From: Felis catus
Taxonomy: Eukaryota
Assembly (NCBI RefSeq): GCF_018350175.1
Contig: NC_058368.1
Coordinates: 135,844,001-135,908,000 of the forward strand
Direction of reading: 5' to 3'
Length of the DNA: 64,000 nt
The position numbers were made by a program, and so were the translations under genes. This document shows, piece after piece, positions 1-11,210 of this stretch (position 1 is the first letter of the stretch; each line of letters opens with the position of its first letter). The notes below the pieces were generated by a model, which saw only the letters and a program-made list of their open reading frames with translations, was not told where the DNA came from and searched no databases.

Positions 1-899
1 GAGCCTGCTTCAGAATCTGTCTCCCTCTCTCTCTGCCCCTCCCCTGCTCGCGTGCGCACTCTCTCTCAAAAATAAATAAACATTAATAAATAAATAAATA
101 TTTATGAGCCCTCATAGTGTTGCATTTACAAACATTGAAAGGTGTATAAAATTCATTCAAAAATAAGATGTTCTGGGGGTTCTTGGCTGCTCAGGTGGTA
201 GAGCATGCAACTCTTGATTTTGGGGTCATGAGTTCAAGCCCCAAGATGGACATGGAGCCTACTTTAAAAGAAATTTTTTTTGGATTTTTGTTTTTATCAT
301 TTTTTTCCCCATTTACTGTGTCATTTTAGAAGTTATTTCTTTATATTTTTTCTGCTCCTATCTCTGTCTTTTATTCTGGTCCTCCATTAGTGTTTGTTGG
401 TGTGCTTAAAGATATCCCACTTTCTTCTGCCAACATTGGTCATTTGTTTTCACTCCATTTTCTCTGATTGTGCAATCTTTATCAGTCTCTGTTCAAGTTG
501 ACTGATTCTTTTGCCAGTTCAAATCTACTATTGAACCCCTGTAGTGAGTCACTGTTCTGGGTGAGTGCTCAAGTGGGGGTAGTCTCTGATCATCTTGGCT
601 GAGCCCCTCCTAGCGTGGACCCTCCTGGCCCTATGAATGAGCTTGGGTGAGGGCCAGTGGCAGTTAGAGGAGGAGGCAGTATTCTCGGCCTGCTGTGCTA
701 CTAGGATAGAGCTTCCATGCCAAGGGTTGGAGAAAGGGAGTCCCGAATTCTAGGCTGGCCACAGGAGGGAGGAAGTCCTATGGGTTCTTAGCCGTACCTG
801 ACCTGGAGTGAAGTCTCTCTAAAGCTGAGGAAGTGAAGGGGTGGGTCCTGGTTCAAATGCCACACTCTTGCTGTTAGATTTTCCTGAAAAAAAAAAAAT

Positions 900-2150
900 G
901 TTTCTTCACAGCATAAAATTTATCATCTTAAACCATTTTTAAGTATATAGTTTACTAGTGTTAAGCTTACTCACCTTGTACAACCAATCTCTAGAACTTT
1001 GTCATTTTGCAGAATTGAAACTACACACATTAAATGCTAACTACCTCCTACTCCCTGTCCACCACCTATCTTCTCTCTCTGAATTTTATTTTTAATTTTT
1101 TAATGTTTATTTATTTTTGAGAGAGAGAGACAGAGCATGAGCAGGGGAGAGGCAGAGAGAAAGCGACACACAGAATCTGAAGTAGGCTCCAGGCTCTGAG
1201 CTGTTGGCACAGAGCCCGACGCAGGGCTTGATTTCATGAACCATGAGATCATGACCTGAGCCAAAGTCAGATGCTTAACGCACTGAGCCACCCAGGCGCC
1301 CCTGTGTCTGAATTTGACTACTCTAGGTACCTCACATAAGTGGACTCATGCAGTATTTGTCCTTTTGTTACTGACTTGTTTTACCTAGCATGTCATCAAA
1401 GTTTTTATTATAGCATGTGTCAGCATTTCCTTTTTAAGGCTGAAGAATAACACATTGTATATACCACATTCTGTTTATCCATTCTTCTGTTGATGGACAC
1501 TTAAGTTGCTTCCACCTTTTAGCTATTGTGAACAATGCTGCTGTTAACATGGGTATACAAATTACTCTTTAAGACTCTGCTGTCAGTTCTTTTGGGTGTA
1601 TACCCAGAAGCGGAATTGCTAGATCATGTAGTAATTCTGTTTTTAATTTTAAGGAGCTGCCTTACCATTTTCCACAGCATTTATACCATTTTACATTTCC
1701 ACCAACAATGCCCAAGGGTTTCAGTTTCCATACATCTTTACCAAACCTTTTTTTTTAAATTTTTTTATAACAGACATCCTAAAAGATATGAAATGGATCC
1801 CATGGTTTGATTTGAATTTTCCAAAAGATTCGTGATTTTGAGGTTTCTCCTTCCTTCCTTCCTTCCTTCCTTCCTTCCTTCCTTCCTTCCTCCCTCCCTC
1901 CCTCCCTCCCTCCCTCCCTTCCTTCCTTTCACGCAAGGGGGAGGGGTAGAGGGAGAGGAAGAGAATCTTAAGCAGGTTCCAAGCCTGGCATGGAGCCCAA
2001 TGCAGGGCTCTATCTCATAATCCTGAGATCATAACCTGAGTGGAAATCAAAAGTTAGACATTCAATCAACTGAGCCACCCAGGTGCCCTAAGTATCCCTT
2101 GCTTGTTGGCCATTTACATATCTCCTTCAGAGAAATGTCTACTTAAAGCT
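900..2150 (-). mobile_element. Old L1 (L1M-type) 3' fragment interrupted by two CAN-SINEs
   Basis: Typical antisense L1 3' text, e.g. ccattcttctgttgatggacac...gctattgtgaacaatgctgct...cccagaagcggaattgct. Confidence 0.8.
1847..1928. repeat. (CCTT)n/(CCCT)n microsatellite at a SINE tail
   Basis: Seen directly in sequence. Confidence 0.95.
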
Positions 2151-2171
2151 TTTTTAAAATCTCTGTTTCAG

Positions 2172-2229
2172 CTCAAATTTCTTTTATCCAAGATATTGGA
2201 AAGCTTCCTCTGAAGCGACACTTTGGAAG
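2172..2229 (+). CDS. RAD17: RAD17 penultimate coding exon (58 nt)
   Basis: ttcAG acceptor (2170-2171) and GTAAG donor (2230). Translates (A)QISFIQDIGKLPLKRHFG(R), matching the RAD17 C-terminal region; its phase joins the exon at 4311. Confidence 0.93.
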
Positions 2230-3834
2230 GTAAGCTGTTTTAATTTTCGAAGAACTGTTACTGAAATGTCCACTGAATGTTATCTACTTATTCAGTATAC
2301 AACCAATAAAAATTTATCTGTAATCTTCCAGTTAACAAATCTTACGTATTTGGAAACCTCTTTTAACCTTTCCTCCCAAGATGTTCTTAGTTTATTTTTT
2401 TTCCTAATATTTTTTTAAAATATTTATTTTTGAGAGAGAGAGTTGGGGTGGGGAGAGACAGAGGATCCGAAGTGGGTGCTACACTGACAGCAGCAAGCCT
2501 GATGCAGAGCTTGAACTCACAAACTGTGAGATCATGACCTGAGCTGAAGTTGGGCAACTGACCAAGCCACTCCAGTGCTCATTAGCCTATATTTAAAGCC
2601 TGCAGGAACCAGGAACTACCACAAAAGCACTGTCTTTTTTAAACTTCCTTATTTTAAAAGATTCAGACAAATAAAACCTAGATGTAGAGAGGTAAATCTG
2701 TATCTGTGCTATTCATTTTATTGCAAAATGACTGCTGGGCTGATATCAGTGATTAATACACCTATATTTCATTTCTTCTTAGCTTATCTGTAAGATCAAA
2801 TTATGTGTTCAGGCATTTAATTATTTATTAATGTTTTATTTTACTTTTTATCTTACTTTAGAGAGAGAGAGCACAGATGGGGAAGAGGGCAGAGAGAGAG
2901 AATCCTAAGCAGGCCCCACTCTCAACTTCAGAGCCTGATGCAGGGCTCAGTCCCACGACCCTGGGATCATGACCTGAGCCAAAATCAAGAGTCAGATGCC
3001 CAACCGACTGAGCCATCCAGGCACCCCTGTACTTAGGCATTTTTTAAAGGTTTAAAAGGGCTTTTTAACTGCTCTTATTGGTTCAACTACTTGATCTATC
3101 TTGGGAGACAGGATTTGTCAGTGCTACTTACTACAGTGACTAGTACTTTATCTTTCATTCATTGTGACCATATTTAACCTTATCATTGATTCATGTTGAC
3201 AATATTAAATATGAATATTTAGCTTGACATTTAATATTAATATTTAATAGTTCTCTAGTTTCCTGTAATCCAACCTACACCTTATTTGTGTACATTTAGC
3301 TGATTTCCAACTTTATCATAGCTTTTCTTGTAGCTTAAATCATTGCTGTTCCTAGGTCATGTAGTAATTCTGTTTTTGATTTTTTAAGGAGCTTCCTTAC
3401 CATTTTCCACAGCAGTTACACCATTTTACATTTCCACTAGCAATGCTCAGGAGTTTCAGTTTCCACATATCTTTGCCAAGTCTTTTTTTTTTTTTTTTCT
3501 ATTTTTTTTATAACAGACATCCTAAAGGATGTGAAATGGCATCAAATGTTATTTACATAGGATGTATTCCTAGAAATGAAGTTGCTGGATCAATGGTCAT
3601 ACACTTTTTTGAAGCCTTTGCTCTATATTACCAGATTGCTCCTAAGAATATTTTGCTAATTTTATGTCCCCTTACAGTGCATAAACATATTCTTTTCTCC
3701 TAACTCTTGACACTTCTGGGTTTTTGTTACTTACTTGGGGCACCTGGCTGGCTCAGTTGGAAGAGCATGCAACTCAATCATGAGATTGTGTGTTTGAGCC
3801 CATGTTAGATGTAAAGATTACTTAAATAAATAAA

Positions 3835-3861
3835 AGATAGGTAGGTACGTAGGTAGGTAGG

Positions 3862-3906
<45 letters not shown>
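3835..3906. repeat. (GGTA)n(GATA)n tetranucleotide microsatellite
   Basis: Seen directly in sequence. Confidence 0.95.
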
Positions 3907-4310
3907 GGTTTTGGCCTGTCTTAAAGATTATAGTACTAGTTCATTATTTTAATTTCATTTTTTAAAATTATTGATTAGGTTGAACAATTTGTTTACTTAC
4001 CATTTGTACTTTTTTTTATGTAAGTCGTCCGTGTTTTATACCCATTTTCTATTCTGTATTTTCTTTTTAATTTGTAAGAACTCTTTACAAGTTTTTGTAT
4101 TATAAGTTGTAATGATTTATTCACATTTTGTCATTTACCTTTGTATTTTTGTTTATATCATTAAATAAGCTAAAGGGCCTGGCTAAACAGTGAGCACAGT
4201 GAAAGTAGATGCAAAACTAGAGGTGGCTTCATAATCATCACACATATGGTGTAATTTAAAGGCATCCCCTTATTTGGTTATTATTGATGCCTGCATTATG
4301 AATCTGGCAG

Positions 4311-4575
4311 GTTGAAAATGGAAGCCCTGACGGACAGGGAGCATGGAATGATAGACCCTGACAGTGGAGATGAAGCCCCGCTTCCCGGAAGGCAGCCTGC
4401 AGAGGAAGCTCTGGGTGAACCCACTCAAACCACTGAAACTGAAACATGCTGTCTTCCTTTGAGTCAGAATAGTGGGAGTGAACTGCCTGCCAGCCAGCCT
4501 CAGTCCTTTTCAGCGCAGGGAGACCTGGAAGATGAAGAGATGATCATAGAAGACTATGAGAGCGATGGGACATAG
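4311..4575 (+). CDS. RAD17: RAD17 last coding exon (cell-cycle checkpoint clamp-loader subunit)
   Basis: cAG acceptor at 4309-4310. Translates LKMEALTDREHGMIDPDSGDE...LPLSQNSGSELPASQPQ...IIEDYESDGT*. Retains the TQ and two SQ ATM/ATR sites and the acidic IEDYES tail. Confidence 0.96.
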
Positions 4576-5090
4576 AAACCAGCCTGCCCATCATATTGCT
4601 ACTGGGCAGATTCATTTTCCTTTTATTCAGTGGTACCTGAACAGAGATAATATACTTTTCAAGTGAATGACAGTTCAATTCTTCACCCTCGTATTTCAGC
4701 ACAAGAAACTGACTTCTCTGTCATTTTGAAGTAAACAGAAGATCAAGCTTCAAATAATACCTTAATTTTGTTTTCTCTAGTATTTATTGAGTCTTGTGAG
4801 TGGTGCTGGGAGTAGGTCAGTGTGTATGAAGTGTGTTTGAACATTATGCCAAATATCAAACAATGTGAAGGAATGATTCTGAATATTAAAACTTGATGGG
4901 GCTGTAAATACAAATTATAAAAGTTTAGTATGCAGTGATGAGTGTAAATAAACTTTGTGCCTTATCCACAGTTTCTCTATGGTCTCTAACTTCTCAAATA
5001 CCATTTTTATATGCTGTACACTGGACTATTTTAGATACTTTATGGAAAGTAATTTATATCAAAATTAAAATGTTGAATTTCTTTTCGTTT
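4576..5090 (+). terminator. RAD17: RAD17 3'UTR with candidate polyadenylation signals
   Basis: ATTAAA 4885-4890, AATAAA 4947-4952 and ATTAAA 5064-5069; the last is followed by a U/GU-rich tract. Confidence 0.7.
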
Positions 5091-5249
5091 CCTCTTTTAG
5101 TATTTCCTAACATGTATTGTCGGCAAGGTATCATTGGGCATAATACATGAATCTCCTTTATGCATTGTTAACACTTTTCAGAAAAGTAAGAGAACCTTGC
5201 AAAGAGAACTCTGGAGGTCCGTGAATCTCACCTTCACTACCTTTCCAAG

Positions 5250-6000
5250 CCATGTATGCGCATGCGCGGCGCGGGTTTGTAACAGCAGCTCTGAGGTGCG
5301 GGGGCGGTCCCCGACCCTCCCTGGCTCCTAGTGGGAGTCCGGTCCCGACAAAGCCGGGCGGGGCAAACGTGGCTCGGCTCCGCCCCGGGAGCTGAGCCTG
5401 GTTTCGGCGCGGCGGGCGGCGAGCGCGCTCTTCCCGGTGGCCGCGCAGGTGAAGGGGCGCGAGGGGTGGGGCCTACGTGATCCGGCCGTGGGCGGGGAGG
5501 GCCCGGCGGCCCCCGGCAGGTGCGCGGGCCGGGAGGGCGAGGCCGTGGGCTCTCAGCGCTCTCCTGGTCCTGCTGCGCTCTCCTTTCAGCCCCGCCATAA
5601 CCTTCGGCCGAGACCAGACGGCGGCGCGGAGAGAGGTAAGGGCCACGGGGAGAGCGGGGCCAGCGCGTCAGGAGGGCCCCTCAACTAGCGCGCTTTCATC
5701 CAAGGGACACAGGTGCGCCGCGAGACGCGCCCCGCCGGCAGCGAAGGCGCCGCCCTTCCCTGGCGCGGGGACCCTCCTATCCTGACCGGGGCACCAACTT
5801 AGTTCCGGCCGCTTTGGGGCGTCATCTCGGAAGACTGAGAATGGGTTTTCCCTGGGACGCGAAGCAGGAGCGCTCCTTGGGGTAGTTCCCTGGGGTGGGC
5901 AGAGCCGAAGACTGAACGGGATTCTGGGACCGGACGCGAAACGGCAGGCTCAAGGGAGACCCCAGCGAAGATGCTGGGTGTCCCATGGCACTCACGCGTG
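5250..6000. promoter_or_regulatory. MARVELD2: CpG-island promoter of MARVELD2
   Basis: Abrupt GC/CpG-rich block. Perfect NRF1 motif TGCGCATGCGCG 5257-5268; GC boxes at 5301-5307, 5356-5364 and 5378-5386; CAGGTG E-boxes at 5446, 5517 and 5710; G-run cluster 5454-5501. Confidence 0.9.
5400..5635 (+). other. MARVELD2: Probable non-coding exon 1 region of MARVELD2 (start uncertain)
   Basis: Strong donor GAG|GTAAGG at 5635/5636 inside the CpG island; alternative donor CAG|GTGAAG at 5448/5449. The coding exon at 11196 starts at an acceptor, so an upstream exon is required. Confidence 0.55.
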
Positions 6001-6553
6001 GGTTAAAACTCTCAGGGAGCTTTCCCAACCCCTAGGAAGAGCAGAAACATCTCTTGGGCCCAGCAAAACTTTAAAGCTGGCTAAAGCGATGATTCTCTTT
6101 TTGGAGAGGCTACCGAGTTCGGTTGCCGTGTCACTTTCCTGGGGGAAACTATTTCTCCTCCCACCGATGTGGCGTTCAGAGCTGTGAGTTCCAACAGAAT
6201 GGAGTCAGGGTCCAGGGGCTTGACCAAAACAAAGACCCACTGTGCCTCAGCATGCTGAATCCAAGTGGGCTCTCAGTGACACCCTGAACCATACAGGAGG
6301 GGTAGCCAGATAACTAACGTGATAAAATACCGCTGACCATTCCCTTCTAAAATCACGTGTTATGTTAATTGCATGATTCTTCAAATTTATTGTTTTTGTA
6401 TTTTATTTAAACGTGAATGAGATAGTCTAATTCAAATTAGCCACTTTGCATTGATGAAGACAAGGTAAACCCATTACAATGAAGCACACTTTTTTTTTTT
6501 TTTACCTGTGTGTTAAATTAAGCAAGGATATCCTTTACGTGGGTATGTATCAG

Positions 6554-7753
6554 GGGCCCATGATGGCCCCTGGGTGGGTTGAGCGTCTGACTCTTGATTG
6601 CCGCTCAGGTCATGATCAGGTTGTAGGGTGGGATCCAGCCCCGTATAGGGCTCCACACTCACTGTGGAGCCTGCTTAAGATTGTCTCTTTCTGCCCTTCC
6701 CCTGCTTGCGCGCTCGCTCTCTCTCTCTCTCTCTCTCGCCATAAATAAAACTTTAAAAACTATTTAAAAATGTAAACAAGGTTAAAAAAAAATTTTTTTC
6801 TATGTTTTTAGACACAGATGAACTAAATGACAGAGAAAAAAATAATCCTTAATTGATGTCATTTATAGAGCTGCCACTTTGGGCACCATGCTGGGACTTT
6901 CAGAGTTAATTCTCTAAAATTGGAGTACCCCAGGGATGTCTGGGTGGCTCAGTTGGTTAACCATCAGACTTGTGCTCAGGTCATATCTCACTGTTGGTGG
7001 GTTAAGCTTCACCTCAGGTTCTGTGCTGACAGCCCAGAGCCTGGAGCCTGCTTCAGATTCTGTGTGTGCCTCTTTCTCTCTCTGCCTCTCCCCTGCTCAT
7101 GCCCTGTCTCTCTCTCCCACTCTCCCTCTCTCTCACTCTCAAAAATAAACAAACATTAAAAAAAAAAAATTTTTTTTAAGGGTTGTATTCATTTTTCAGA
7201 GACCTTGCATGAGAGGGGGAGGGGCAGAGAGAGAGGGAGACAAAGAGTCCGAAACAGGCTCCAGGCTCCAGGCTCCAGGCTCCAGGCTCCGAGCTGTCAG
7301 CACAGGGCTTGAACTACAAACTGTGAGATCATGACCTGAGCTGAAGTCAGACGCTCAACCGACTGAACCACCCAGGCACCCCTAAAAAAATTTTGTTTAA
7401 TTGGAGTGCCTCACTAAAAGACCCAGAAATTTAGAACTCTCCATTTTCACCTATTCCTTGGGTGATTGTATCTAATCTATGGTATTACTTACCTTTCTGT
7501 GTGTGTACTGCCTACTGGATGTATCTGCCTGGATTTTTTTTTTTTTTTTTTTACATTTTTTTAATGTTTTTTTTTTTTTTTTTTTTTTTTTTTGAGAGAG
7601 AGAGAGGGGCAGGGGGAGAGGCAGAGAGTGAGGAAGACAGAGGATCTGAAGCAGGCTCTGTGCTGATAGCACAGAGGGACTGGAACCCACAAACCCTGAG
7701 ATCATGATGTGAGCTGAAGTCAGAAGTTAACCGACTGAGTCACCCAGGCGCCC
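6554..7753. mobile_element. Cluster of four CAN-SINEs (two +, two -)
   Basis: tRNA-like head gggtggctcagt..., (CT)n tract and A-tail in each copy. Confidence 0.9.
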
Positions 7754-8039
7754 CTCTCTACCTGGATTTCTAATGGGTATCTTCAAACTCTTCAGACTGC
7801 TTATACCCAGCGTTAAACTGGAGGGGTGGAGAAATGTTGCGTATGAAATGATCTCGTGTCTGAGATTTGCTTCAAAGCAATCTATTGGCAGAAGGAATAA
7901 GTAGGAGGTATAGAGGAAAGAAGATTGGTCATAAATTGATAATTATTGAAGCTGGTTGATGGGTACATAAGGGTTCATAATGCTATTCTTTCCACTTTTT
8001 ATTATGTTTGAATGTTTCTATAGGAAAAAAAAATTAATT

Positions 8040-9216
8040 CCTGTATTTAAAAATCTGACTTCTTTTTATCTCCATTGTTATCACCGTGGTCCTTTGGACT
8101 AACTCTGTTGCCTCTTAGCCATTCTCCCTGTTTTCTCCCTTGTGTCCTGGAGCGTACCCTTGACATAGCATCCAGAGTGATCCTATTAAAACAAGTCAGA
8201 TCCTGGGGCACCTGGGTGGCTCAGTGAGTTGAGCGTCCGACTTTGGCTCAGGTCATGATCTCACAGTCTGTGAGTTCGAGCCCCGCGACGGGCTCTGTGC
8301 TGACAGCTCAGAGCCTGGAGCCTGCTTCAGATTCTGTGTCTCCCTCTCTCTCTGCCCCTCCCCTGCTCACACTCTGTGTCTCTTTCTCTCTCAAAAATAA
8401 AAATTAGGGGCGCCTGGGTGGCGCAGTCGGTTAAGTGTCCGACTTCAGCCAGGTCACGATCTCACGGTCCATGAGTTCGAGCCCCACGTCGGGCTCTGGG
8501 CTGATGGCTCAGAGCCTGGAGCCTGTTTCCGATTCTGTGTCTCCCTCTCTCTCTGCCCCTCCCCCGTTCATGCTCTGTCTCTCTCTGTCCCAAAAATAAA
8601 TAAACGTTGAAAAAAAATTTTTAAAAATAAATAAAAATTAAAAAAATAAAATAAGTCAGATCCTGTTGCTTCTGTACTCAAAATGCTCCATTGGCTTTTC
8701 ATCTCACTTCCAATAATAGCCAGAATTCTTTCCAATGGTTTTCAAGACCCTAGTGATTCAAATGGACTTAATTCTACTACTTACCCTCTCCTCTCTGTTA
8801 CTACTTGCTGCCCCATTGTCCTCCACGACTTAATAATTCTTGAACTTGCTGAGCACTCCCACCTCAAGGCTTTTGCAGTGGCTGGACCTCCTGCAGCCTG
8901 GACCTCTTCCCCTGATAACCTGTCTGGCTTCCTCCTTCACATCCTTCATTTGTGTATTCAGATGTCATATTCTCTATGGAGACTTCCAATGTCGTTCTAT
9001 TTAGAATTATAATATCCTGCCCACAAAGTACCTTCTCACCATTCTTAGTTCCTTAACATCTGATCAGATGTCTTTCACTTCCCTTATCTATCATCTTTTA
9101 TCCCTTCATTGAGATTTAATTTCCATGAAGGCAGGGATTTCAGTTGGTTTTGTTCACTGATACACTTTCAGTGTGCCTGGTACATGGTAGATGTTTGGCA
9201 AATATTTGTTGAATGA
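8040..9216 (+). mobile_element. L2 3' fragment interrupted by a nested SINE pair (8205-8650)
   Basis: Ends cctggtacatggtagatgtttggcaaatatttgttgaatga (L2 terminus). TSD aagtcagatcct flanks the SINEs. Confidence 0.8.
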
Positions 9217-9258
9217 TAGGTCTCCATTTTACAAAATAAAATAAAACAAAGCCTTAGT

Positions 9259-9827
9259 GGAACCCTGGGTGGCTCACTCAGTTAAGCATCCTGCTCTTGG
9301 TTTCAGCTCAGGTCATAATCTCACGATTTGTGGGTTCAATCCCTGAGTCAGCGAAGAGCCTGCTTGGGATTCTCTCTCCCTCTCTCTCTCAGTCCCTTCC
9401 TGGCTGTCGCTTGCTCTCTCTCTCTCAAAATAAATTTAAAAAATAAACTTAAAAAAACAAAACAAAACAAAGCCTTAGGGGGTGCCTGGGTGGCTCAGTT
9501 AGTTAAACGTCTGACTCTTGATTTCGGCTCAGGTCACTATCTCATGGTTTGTGAAATCAAGCCCCACATCAGGCTCCCAAGCTGACAGTGTGGAGCCTGC
9601 TGAAATTCTCTCTCTCTCCCTCTCTCTCTCTCTGTCATTGCTCATTGCTTCTCTCTCTCTCTCTCAAAATAAATAAAGAAACTTAAAAAAAAAAAAAAAG
9701 CTGGGGCACCTGGGTGGCTCAGTTGGTTAAGCATCTGACTTTGGCTCAGGTCATGATCTCATGGTTCATGAATTCGGACCCCATGTTGGGATCTGTGAGC
9801 AGCCTGGAACCTGCTTCAGATTCTGTG

Positions 9828-9883
<56 letters not shown>

Positions 9884-9910
9884 ATAAACATTAGGGGGAA
9901 AAAAAGCCTT
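9259..9910 (+). mobile_element. Three tandem CAN-SINEs
   Basis: Three SINE heads and tails; target sequence aaagccttag recurs at 9248, 9469 and 9903. Confidence 0.9.
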
Positions 9911-11210
9911 AGGAATTTCTAAATGGTTCAACACCATAAAGGCAGGATTCTTCATTTAAAATTTGAGACCTTCATGGTACCAAGTACAATGCTATATGGC
10001 CGGTGAGTCTTTAGCAAATACTTGCTTTATGAGAGAGATACTTGCTTTAGCAAATACTTGCTTCATGAGCAATATGAGGGAGAAATTCATTGTGTCTTAA
10101 ACCTAGTAGTTACATTAGCAGAAAGTGTCCTCCTTTTTTTATATGTGTCCAGGTCATTGATTGAAAGAAATCAAACAGGTTTAGTGAAAGTGCTTTTTCT
10201 GTGCTTTATTTTTTAGGTGGCTCAAACCCCCTCTGAGATACTTTCTGAGTGTCATTATGACAACAGCAGATCACCTTGAGGTGGCTGCACTGGAAAGAGT
10301 GACATACATGATATACATGGCTGTTCTGTGTTGTACTTTCGGGGAATCTTAAGCTTTGGTGGCTTTTTTTTCCCTCTGAGTTTTCAAATTTCAAAATCTA
10401 AGGGGCTCCTGAGTGGCTCAGTCGGTTAAGCGTCCGACTTCGGCTCAGGTCATGATCTCACGGTTCGTAAGTTCGAGCCCCACATCCGGCTCTGGGCTGA
10501 CAGCTCAGAGCCTGGAGCCCGCTTCAGATTCTGTGTCTCCCTCTGTCTACCCCTCTGCTGCTTGCACTGTCTCTCGCATTGTCTCAAAAGTAAATAAACA
10601 TTAAAAAAAAAATTTCAAAATCTAATACGAAGTGTTAATATTTTAGAGTGGAAGAAGCAAGTCCCCTACACTGACTTCCCTGATTTAAGAAAGAAAGGTG
10701 CTCTTCACTCCTTCTGTTTATCAGACTGCTTCTCCCAGGCCTTTCCAAAGCAGATTTGAGGTAATGAAAATGAAGAGAATTTGCTGACCCGTCAAACTTT
10801 GGTATGCCCAAACTATTAAATATTTTGATTTAGATGTTTGAAGAAAGGATTCTATTTGGGATGTGTCAGTATCCTGTATTGTTAAAATTTGGTTTCTGTT
10901 ATGGTGTTTACAGTCCGTTGTTCATAGGGCTTGTAAGGTAAGTTAGACTTATAAATGTTTTAATTCAGAACTAAGATTTTAAATTTTGATTCCCCTTAAA
11001 ATCATATAGAACGATGATAATATCCCTGGCTAGTATGTTACATATGTTTAAAATATACCTGTTTATATTAGCATTTTTACATATCATGATCGTTAGACAT
11101 GATCATATTGGTTTCCTAAATATGATCATCTGCCATTAAGTGGATAAAATCAGCATCATTGAAAGAATAAGTGATAACTTTTTTCTTGGCCACAGGTGTA
11201 AAAATCACAA

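Noticed and set aside
5437..6187. ORFs within the CpG island
   Set aside because: GC-rich, stop-poor sequence, mostly non-ATG starts and no recognisable protein.
7255..7289. (CAGGCTC)x5
   Set aside because: Simple slippage expansion of the two-copy motif in the SINE consensus.
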